Source: a bacterium
Lineage (GTDB): Bacteria > Zhuqueibacterota > Zhuqueibacteria > Oceanimicrobiales > Oceanimicrobiaceae
Length of the DNA stretch: 17,847 nucleotides
NCBI GenBank assembly: GCA_046758365.1
Contig: JBHIAC010000058.1
Span: 1 to 17,847 of the forward strand
Direction of reading: 5' to 3'
Below, piece by piece: positions 1 through 6,984 of the stretch. A program made the position numbers and the translations under genes. Each line of letters begins with the position of its first letter. Position 1 is the first letter of the stretch. A model generated the notes under the pieces. It was not told the origin of the DNA. It saw only the letters and a program-made list of their open reading frames with translations, and searched no databases.

Positions 1-2
1 TA

Positions 3-560
3 AAGGCCTCTGCCGTGGAATTTGCTAAACGGCACAATATCAAAATATATGTCGGCTCAAGTTTTACTGGGAACATCGGTACTATAGTAACACATGGAAA
101 TTTGGATAAGAAACGAGTAACCGGTATAACCATTGATGAAAATGTCGTTTTAATCTCCTTGAATCATAGTACAAAAAAATCCTTCTTTACAATCATCAAA
201 TCGCTGGCAGAAGAAGGTGTTGCCACAAAATTTATCTGGAAAAGCGGTCTGGAATGTTCTTTTATTTTAAAGGATGAAGATTTAGAAACAGCAAAAAATA
301 TTATAGAATCACATGCAGAGATTCTGATGTCACTCAGTCAAAATGTAAGTCTACTTTCGGTGGTAGGAGTTGGAATTAATTTCGGAACCGATGTCATGGC
401 AAAAATGATGAACATATTTGAGGCAATGTCAGTGTTTCCTGAAACGTATAATTTTTCAGAAACACGGCTTTCTTTTGGAATTAAAAAACAATATTTAAGG
501 GAAGCCGCATCAAGAATCCATGATTCTTTAATCATTAATGGCAATTATGAAAAAGTATAA
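3..560 (+). CDS. lysC: Aspartate kinase, 3' part (end of the kinase domain plus two divergent ACT domains); truncated by the window edge
   Basis: The frame is open from the window start (KASAVEFAKRHNIKIYVGSSFTGNIGT), matching the aspartokinase pattern 'xVEFAKxxxVxIxVxSSFxxxxGT'. It also has 'VTGI', 'LSVVGVG' and 'SETRLS' ACT-like segments and overlaps asd. The GTG at 15 is internal, not the true start. Confidence 0.88.
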   Translation, partial: KASAVEFAKRHNIKIYVGSSFTGNIGTIVTHGNLDKKRVTGITIDENVVLISLNHSTKKSFFTIIKSLAEEGVATKFIWKSGLECSFILKDEDLETAKNIIESHAEILMSLSQNVSLLSVVGVGINFGTDVMAKMMNIFEAMSVFPETYNFSETRLSFGIKKQYLREAASRIHDSLIINGNYEKV

Positions 561-1545
561 CTTAGCAGTAGTCGGTGCTACTGGAATGGTAGGCCGCACT
601 TTTGTTAAGCTGTTAGAAGAAAGAAACTTCCCTATTGCAGCAATCCGATTGTTAGCTTCAGAAAATTCGAAAGGTGAGAGTATAAAGTTTTTTAATCAGG
701 ACGTATCCGTTGAAATTTTAAAAGAAGATTCTTTTCAAGGTATAGACATTGCCTTTTTTTCAGCAGGGACACAAATCAGTAAAAAATTTGCGTCCAAAGC
801 AGCGGAATCTGGCGCAATAGTCATTGATAACAGCAGCGCTTTCCGAATGGTCGAAAATGTCCCTTTGGTCGTGCCAGAAGTCAATCCTCAGGCTTTAAAA
901 AAAGATCAAAAAATAATCGCCAATCCTAACTGCTCCACGATTCAAATGGTGGTAGCGGCCAAACCACTACATGATACAGCCTCAATAAAGCGTATCGTAG
1001 TTTCCACCTATCAATCGGTTTCAGGGACGGGAAAGAATGCCGTGCAAGAACTGCAACAGCAATGTGAGGCTTTTATTCACAAAAGAGAGATAACAAAAAA
1101 TACATATCTCCATCAAATTGCTTTTAACCTCCTGCCCCACATTGATTCCTTTCTGGACGACGGTTACACGAAGGAAGAAATAAAAATGGTGATGGAAACT
1201 AGAAAAATATTAGAAGAACCCGACCTTCCAATATCGGCCACCTGCGTCCGCGTGCCCGTTTTTAATGGACATAGCCTCAGCTTAAATTTGGAATTTGAAC
1301 GACGCCTCAATATTGAAGTAGCTCAAACCATTTTATCTAAAGCCCCGGGTATTTTACTTATGGACGACCCTAAAAATGCATTATATCCAACGCCTCTAAC
1401 CGTTTCTGGAAAGGATTACGTTTTTGTGGGTAGAGTTCGTCAAGACACTTCAGTAAACCATGGGCTAAATCTTTGGATTGTTGCTGATAATCTGAGAAAA
1501 GGGGCAGCACTAAACGCGATTCAAATCGCTGAGATGCTAATTTAA
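547..1545 (+). CDS. asd: Aspartate-semialdehyde dehydrogenase
   Basis: Rossmann motif AVVGATGMVG, VIDNSSAFRM, VVPEVN, catalytic NPNCST, STYQSVSGTG, CVRVPVFNGHS and DNLRKGAALNAIQIAE. Start placed at ATG 547 (MKKYNLAVV); ATG 538 is an alternative. Confidence 0.97.
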   Translation: MKKYNLAVVGATGMVGRTFVKLLEERNFPIAAIRLLASENSKGESIKFFNQDVSVEILKEDSFQGIDIAFFSAGTQISKKFASKAAESGAIVIDNSSAFRMVENVPLVVPEVNPQALKKDQKIIANPNCSTIQMVVAAKPLHDTASIKRIVVSTYQSVSGTGKNAVQELQQQCEAFIHKREITKNTYLHQIAFNLLPHIDSFLDDGYTKEEIKMVMETRKILEEPDLPISATCVRVPVFNGHSLSLNLEFERRLNIEVAQTILSKAPGILLMDDPKNALYPTPLTVSGKDYVFVGRVRQDTSVNHGLNLWIVADNLRKGAALNAIQIAEMLI

Positions 1546-1552
1546 AGTAAAA

Positions 1553-1584
1553 TGGCCTTCTATATTAGTTGATATAGAAGGCCA
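1553..1584. terminator. Perfect 13-bp hairpin just after asd; probable terminator
   Basis: TGGCCTTCTATAT (1553-1565), 6-nt loop, ATATAGAAGGCCA (1572-1584), starting 8 nt after the asd stop, between convergent genes. There is no long U tract on either strand. Confidence 0.7.
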
Positions 1585-1605
1585 ATCTCTTAGTAATTTA
1601 ACTTA

Positions 1606-1639
1606 TTTAGGACGTAGGATTTCTATCCAACATCCTAAA
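1606..1639 (-). terminator. Second hairpin in the convergent intergenic region
   Basis: TTTAGGACGTAGGAT (1606-1620), TTCT loop, ATCCAACATCCTAAA (1625-1639): 13 of 15 positions pair. One mismatch becomes a G-U pair on the minus-strand RNA, which favours the minus-strand transcript. Confidence 0.5.
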
Positions 1640-1710
1640 GCAATCGTAATTTCAATATTTTCAACTTAAGATTTTTAACGAACTACCTTTTTGTACCTAC
1701 GTCATTTATT

Positions 1711-2940
1711 CTAGTTGTTATCGTCTTTAGGTTTGGGCTTTTCTGATTTAGAATCTTTGCTATTAGCTTGGTCTGCTCCTTTTGTTTCGTTTTCTAATTC
1801 TGATCTATTTACCTCCCCTTCCAAAATTCTTCGAAGCCTTTCCAATTCCTTCTCAGCTCGTAAACGTTCTGTCTTAATTCTTTGAAGTTCTGCCTCGGCC
1901 GACTCAGTTGACCTTCGTTCTTTAATAATTTGTTCGAATAGCTCTCGACGTGTTTCAGCTTTTTGCATAAGTATATCCCGTTCATTAACTCGATATACAG
2001 TTGTGGGAAGTAATGTAAACTTGGTACCCATAGTAACTCTCCAACCCGGATAGCTAGGCTGAGAATTTGGAAGGTTTCGACCGACTAAACTATAATCCGT
2101 CTTGTCAGCAGGTTTGGTAATGCGAAAATCGACTCCTAAATGCATTGTGAACCAACGGTTTGGTTCATAAAATACCGTTGGAGTAAGATACAAATAATTC
2201 TCACGACTATAGGCAGCCGCCGGTGGTTTTTGTAAAAACTTATTACCATAAATTTCAACGGAGAAATCAAAATTTTCTTTTGGAATGTTAATTCCTACTC
2301 CATATATCAATTCTTGTGACATAGACTCTGGCGTAGTTCCGGAACCGCTTCTTGAAGAAAGACTTGTCCCGACATCGTTATGATTCCAATATCCTAAATT
2401 GAAATGTACATTGGTTGCTTCTTCTGGATAAAGGGGATCTCTTGAATAAGTAAGTAAACTAGTAATTCCCCACCCCACATGATCAGAGGAATATGGTTCA
2501 AATGGAATATTGTGAGTACCTCCAGTTGGAAAGCGTGAATTAAAAGCAAAACCAAAAGTAACCGGACTTCCTGGTGAGTTAAAGGAGCCAAATTTTACTG
2601 TAAGAAATAAATCATCAGGGGCGTTAAAACCATCTCCTCCTCGATTAGTATCACCATAAACAATTGGGGAGATAGCTACTTCAATATGTTTTCCGAGTCC
2701 ATAATTTACACTAAACCTTCCTGTCACATCCCAAATGGTTATGGCTTGAGGGAAATTTCCAACCTTACCATATGAACGGGTAAGTGCTCGTAATGTTAAA
2801 AATCCCTGATCTAACGTCCAAGCAGATTGAACATATACAAGTCCTCGACCGCCATTGAAATTAATCTGTGCATTTATGATACTTGGCCGTAATAATGCTC
2901 CCCCGATTAGAACAATTAAGAAAAATTTTACTTTTCTCAT
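1711..2940 (-). CDS. Exported hypothetical protein, probable outer-membrane beta-barrel with a C-terminal coiled coil (409 aa)
   Basis: GGAGG Shine-Dalgarno upstream of ATG 2940. Signal peptide MRKVKFFLIVLIGGALLRPSIINA/Q, alternating aromatic/hydrophobic strand-like segments (GRFSVNYGL, NVHFNLGYWNH, TMHLGVDFRI, GWRVTMGTKF), then an E/R-rich helical tail. The upstream in-frame start at 3045 is unlikely. Confidence 0.72.
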   Translation of the reverse strand: MRKVKFFLIVLIGGALLRPSIINAQINFNGGRGLVYVQSAWTLDQGFLTLRALTRSYGKVGNFPQAITIWDVTGRFSVNYGLGKHIEVAISPIVYGDTNRGGDGFNAPDDLFLTVKFGSFNSPGSPVTFGFAFNSRFPTGGTHNIPFEPYSSDHVGWGITSLLTYSRDPLYPEEATNVHFNLGYWNHNDVGTSLSSRSGSGTTPESMSQELIYGVGINIPKENFDFSVEIYGNKFLQKPPAAAYSRENYLYLTPTVFYEPNRWFTMHLGVDFRITKPADKTDYSLVGRNLPNSQPSYPGWRVTMGTKFTLLPTTVYRVNERDILMQKAETRRELFEQIIKERRSTESAEAELQRIKTERLRAEKELERLRRILEGEVNRSELENETKGADQANSKDSKSEKPKPKDDNN

Positions 2941-3131
2941 GGTGTTTGCCTCCACACAATTATATGAATTCCTTTTAATTTTTATGATTATACTTCCTTG
3001 CCAATTAAGAAATGCCTTTTTTAGAATGCGGAAAACCACATCCATATATCGTAATTGACCTTTAGAATCTTTAGTAAAAAATCCCTCTTATAATTTCCAA
3101 ATCAAATATTTTTATATTAAACCTACAACCC

Positions 3132-3160
3132 AAACTAAAGAAAAACAAAATTAAAAGCAA
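3132..3160 (-). promoter_or_regulatory. Candidate sigma70 promoter for the barrel/coiled-coil gene
   Basis: Minus strand TTGCTT (3160-3155), 17 nt, TAGTTT (3137-3132). The AT-rich context lowers specificity. Confidence 0.4.
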
Positions 3161-3333
3161 GAAATAATACCAAATTTTAACTTTGAAACTCAATCTCATC
3201 AAACGCAATCGTATGATTCTACTCGTTTAATGTAATTTACCAAAACTTCTCATTGTTCCTCTATAAACTTATTATGATATGCAGGCATCTCGCTCGGTTA
3301 TGTCACAAAAATTTAGAATATTATTTGAAGTGT

Positions 3334-3350
3334 TACAAAATCTGTGCCAA
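3334..3350 (-). promoter_or_regulatory. Candidate sigma54 (-24/-12) promoter
   Basis: Minus strand TTGGCACAGATTTTGTA against the consensus TGGCACG-N4-TTGCW. Spacing is correct, but the -12 element reads GT instead of GC. Confidence 0.45.
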
Positions 3351-3659
3351 TAGACTAGATAACTTTATTTATTTAAAACAGTTAAGTACAGGATTATGAG
3401 CCATTACTTTATATTCTTGTGTTTCACTGCATTAATAAACTCGATTGAACCTTTAGCCTTCAACAGATAAAGTTTATTATTTAGTTTAAATATGTTTGCC
3501 TTTGAGAGAATTGTTTCTTTCTGAAACACTTTTATAGGGATGATTAGAAGCGAAAGATAGTATAAAATTAAGGTATAATAGTAAATAGATACAAAATATG
3601 TCGAATTACTTTATAACTTATACGATTCTCACCACAAATCACGTTTTTAAATATTTGTA

Positions 3660-5882
3660 TTACAGTTTTCCCTGTAAACTTATCATAAAATTTCGAATTT
3701 CCCCCAAATTTCTCTCCACTTGTGTATAATTATAATTCAGAACATTGTTTGAACCCACTGCAAGGGATAGATTTTTAAAATGATAATGTATCCGCAGATT
3801 TAATTCGTGTTGAGCCACCCTTTGATCCGGAGAATAAATTTCCACGCGTTCTAATCGACTGGCAAAACGATAGTCTGCTCGTAGTTCAATTGGCCCGATG
3901 TGTACAGACGGATTAATTTGAGCTATCCAGCGCGGACGGTACGCAAGTGTTTGATCTAATTCAAGATTTTTGGGATCAAGAAAAGTAAAGCTTCCCTGTA
4001 AGCCTAAACGATTATGCCACCAACGTATCCCAGTAGACATTTCTAAACCGCGTATTTGAGCTTTAGTAATATTTTGAAATCCAACCACGATTTTAGTACC
4101 CGTCTGCGTCAGGTCAGGCAAGGCTTCGATAAAATTTTTATAATCATTTTGAAAAAGTGCCATATCAATGAACCAATTGCTTCCAAACTTTATTCGAAAC
4201 CCAACCTCATAGGACCAAGAACTTTCTGCTTTTAACTGTAAATTTGGCACTACCACAAAATTACCCGTATCAAAATTTATCGTCCGTTCAGCAACGGAGG
4301 GGACTCGAAAGCCACGTCCTGCCGAACCGCGAATGATTAATTTAGAGGTTGGTTTGTAATTAAATCCAAATCTTGGATTAAATTGATTTTCCACGGGTCC
4401 ATTTAAAAGTTCATTGCGGTCAAATCTGAATCCTGCGGTGACTCTTAAATTGGGGAGAATACGCCATTCATCCTGCATAAAAGGGGCGATAAAATATTCG
4501 GTGTGTTTACCACCAAAAAACACACCTTTCACTAAATCGAGCTTAAATTCAAATCCAGCGGTGATAAAATGTTTGGCCTGAGGTAACCAATCAAATTGAA
4601 CCTCCCCACCGAGACCATTCGCCGGGAAAAAATCTCCTCGAACCTGAAATTGATTTCCCATCATGGATCGCAGTAAGGACACTCTTATTTTAAAATCACT
4701 TTTGGCTGAAAGAGGGCGAGAATATTTAATGTAAGCATTTAGCCAATTTAGCCGCAAAAAATTTCCCTCTTCATCCGGTAAAAGTGGGTGAAACAGTTGC
4801 GATGGGGACGCATCAGTAGAGTCTGCCAAATATGGTGAACGCCATTGTACGAATATACCAGAATGATCCCTTAGCCACGATGCATACATAGTAAGCTCAG
4901 AAGCATCAGGAAAACGGTAATTCAATTTTCCGCTGACATTCCATTTTTCAAAATTACCATCTTTTCGATCTCCGGTGGACTCATAACGACTGAGCGATAA
5001 ACGAAGCCCAAAATTTCCAAAAGACTTGCTGTATCCAATATCTGTTCGATTGTACCAAAGCGTTCGATCTGACGCCCAAATCCACGCTTTTTCAGAAGGG
5101 TCATCATAAATACCACCCGTAATGCGATAATAAAAAATCCCATCCTGGGTAGGTTTTCTGGTAATAATATTTACGACCCCACCTAAGGCGTAAGAACCCC
5201 AAAGAGCGGATCCGGCCCCTTTCACCACCTCTATCCTATCTATATCCAGAATGGGTAAAACATCCCAACTTATGCCCCCTATATCGCTGGTCATGACAGG
5301 AATCCCATCCACCATGACCAAGACTCGATTAGCTGAATTGGATCTATACCCCGTTGAGCCTCGGATGTTAATATCCTCCTTCATAAAATAGACGCCAGGA
5401 ACCATCTCTAATGCCTCATCCAAACGCAGACTGTTTCTTGATTGTAATTCAGAAATTGGTAGCACGGATATGCTGTTAGGAGAGTCTTCCAGTGCTTGTG
5501 ACCTTCTTTCTGCGGTTACCACTACGGGATTTATAGAGATTGGTGTTTCAACCATGGCCACGTTTACGGCGGTCGAGATTTCAGCAAGCACCTTAACACG
5601 ATTTACTATTTGGGGACGATAACCGATCATAGTGATCCGAAGCGTATAGATGCCTTGGGGCACCTTATGAATAACAAAATGTCCATTCAAATCAGCACTA
5701 GCCCCTAAGATAGATTCCAAAACTTCAACATTTGCCCCGGCTAGCGGTTCACCAGTATTAAGATTTTTTATACGTCCAGTGATTGAACCATTGATTTGGC
5801 CAAAAGATAAATCCACCCATACCAAAAATAAAAGAGCCCCCCAGAGCAAGCATCTTTTGATATTTGGAATTAAAATAATCAT
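3660..5882 (-). CDS. TonB-dependent outer-membrane receptor with an N-terminal carboxypeptidase-regulatory-like domain; substrate unknown
   Basis: Signal peptide; 'GSITGRIKNLNTGEPLAGANVEV...GxYTLRITMIGY' N-domain; TonB-box-like 'VVVTA'; plug motifs 'INIRGS', 'VLVMVDGIP' and 'IDRIEVVKGAGSALWGSYALGGVVNIIT'; barrel motifs 'GRGFRVPS', 'LKAESSWSYEVG' and 'NVLNYNY'. Confidence 0.93.
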   Translation of the reverse strand: MIILIPNIKRCLLWGALLFLVWVDLSFGQINGSITGRIKNLNTGEPLAGANVEVLESILGASADLNGHFVIHKVPQGIYTLRITMIGYRPQIVNRVKVLAEISTAVNVAMVETPISINPVVVTAERRSQALEDSPNSISVLPISELQSRNSLRLDEALEMVPGVYFMKEDINIRGSTGYRSNSANRVLVMVDGIPVMTSDIGGISWDVLPILDIDRIEVVKGAGSALWGSYALGGVVNIITRKPTQDGIFYYRITGGIYDDPSEKAWIWASDRTLWYNRTDIGYSKSFGNFGLRLSLSRYESTGDRKDGNFEKWNVSGKLNYRFPDASELTMYASWLRDHSGIFVQWRSPYLADSTDASPSQLFHPLLPDEEGNFLRLNWLNAYIKYSRPLSAKSDFKIRVSLLRSMMGNQFQVRGDFFPANGLGGEVQFDWLPQAKHFITAGFEFKLDLVKGVFFGGKHTEYFIAPFMQDEWRILPNLRVTAGFRFDRNELLNGPVENQFNPRFGFNYKPTSKLIIRGSAGRGFRVPSVAERTINFDTGNFVVVPNLQLKAESSWSYEVGFRIKFGSNWFIDMALFQNDYKNFIEALPDLTQTGTKIVVGFQNITKAQIRGLEMSTGIRWWHNRLGLQGSFTFLDPKNLELDQTLAYRPRWIAQINPSVHIGPIELRADYRFASRLERVEIYSPDQRVAQHELNLRIHYHFKNLSLAVGSNNVLNYNYTQVERNLGEIRNFMISLQGKL

Positions 5883-5895
5883 TTAATCTTTATTA

Positions 5896-6741
5896 TTACA
5901 AATCCAATTTAGAAAAATCGATCAAAATGTCGATTCCATGTACAGTGTCGCCTTTAGCTACCGTTACCTCACCAGGAATTGCAGAGCCTGGTTCTGTCTC
6001 GTAGAAACCGATTTCTTCGAAATCTGTGAAGTCAGTTCCTTTGGCTTTCCAGAGAAGTACAATATAGCCATAGGTGCCCGGAGGAATGGCTAATTTATAA
6101 TCAAAATGGGGAACATTGAAGGGTAAGGAAATATTGATGGCTGAAACATTGAGAAATTCAATTAAGTTTTGAGGTCTTTGTTTGAAAGCAGCAATGCCCA
6201 TGATTTCCGTGTTATCCGGCCACCTGCCTGAATAGGTAATGCGGCCCCGGATAACAGCCCCCCGATCTACCCGGGAGTAATCGGCTATAATTTCGATGCT
6301 GTCTGCCACCGGATGTTCTGGAGAGACCGTGACCGTATCCGGAAAAAAGAGACCTTTGGCGACTGAAACCCCATAAATCCCCAAAACATCCGACAACGCC
6401 AGAGGTTCCCCTTTGCCTTTCCAAACCGCACCCACAGCAGCATAACTTCCAAAATTAGGTAAGATAATCTTATAAGCGACTGTATCGGAATTTAAATCGA
6501 GAATTTCGCTTTGGCTGAGGGACAATTCAATGAGATCCGATGGCGGAAAATCTCTGGAAGCTACAACCACGACCCACTCGGTATTTTCTGGTTTTTCGCC
6601 CTGGAAAATCACTTTCCCACGAATCGTGGGCACATCAAGTATGGCGTTAATCCCGTGATCTATGGAGCATGAAGCAATAATTAGATAGAGGAGTAAAGAA
6701 AAAAATAAAAATTGTTTGTTGTTTAATATTAAATAAACCAT
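5896..6741 (-). CDS. Putative lipoprotein made of two tandem homologous beta-rich domains; probable partner of the TonB-dependent receptor
   Basis: Hydrophobic stretch ending in a lipobox-like IASC (Cys25), an obvious internal duplication (see findings), and a 13-nt gap to the receptor gene on the same strand. Confidence 0.78.
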   Translation of the reverse strand: MVYLILNNKQFLFFSLLLYLIIASCSIDHGINAILDVPTIRGKVIFQGEKPENTEWVVVVASRDFPPSDLIELSLSQSEILDLNSDTVAYKIILPNFGSYAAVGAVWKGKGEPLALSDVLGIYGVSVAKGLFFPDTVTVSPEHPVADSIEIIADYSRVDRGAVIRGRITYSGRWPDNTEIMGIAAFKQRPQNLIEFLNVSAINISLPFNVPHFDYKLAIPPGTYGYIVLLWKAKGTDFTDFEEIGFYETEPGSAIPGEVTVAKGDTVHGIDILIDFSKLDL

Positions 6742-6796
6742 CGAGTTTAGAAAGGTATTAAAGTTGTCTAAATTGTTGTCAATTTTTAATGTTTAC

Positions 6797-6825
6797 AATT
6801 TACAAAAACAGGGTTACCTTGTCAA
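6797..6825 (-). promoter_or_regulatory. Candidate sigma70 promoter for the lipoprotein-receptor operon
   Basis: Minus strand: perfect TTGACA (6825-6820), 17 nt, TAAATT (6802-6797), about 55 nt upstream of ATG 6741. Confidence 0.6.
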
Positions 6826-6898
6826 TACATAGGGAATAATTTTCTAAAAATGATTTAAAAGACTTAAAATATTTAGTGAGAGGAATTCAAATTACTTC

Positions 6899-6927
6899 TT
6901 GACTTATGTCTTTAAAAGCTTTAATTT
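6899..6927 (+). promoter_or_regulatory. Candidate sigma70 promoter for the helicase-nuclease gene
   Basis: TTGACT (6899-6904), 17 nt, TAATTT (6922-6927), upstream of ATG 6985. Confidence 0.55.
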
Positions 6928-6984
6928 TACTAAAATCTAGCTTTGAAAATTAATTTAAGGTTGAATAATTTTGATATAAAAATA

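Noticed and set aside
2941..3045. N-terminal extensions given by the ORF track (also 6943-6984, 10019-10057, 14978-15052, 16927-16977)
   Set aside because: Downstream ATGs fit better with SD sequences, signal peptides or family N-termini; MutM must start at MPELPEVE.
6742..6984. Possible cobalamin or other riboswitch upstream of the TonB-dependent receptor operon
   Set aside because: The predicted leader is only about 50 nt and very AT-rich, with no B12-box or other recognisable aptamer.
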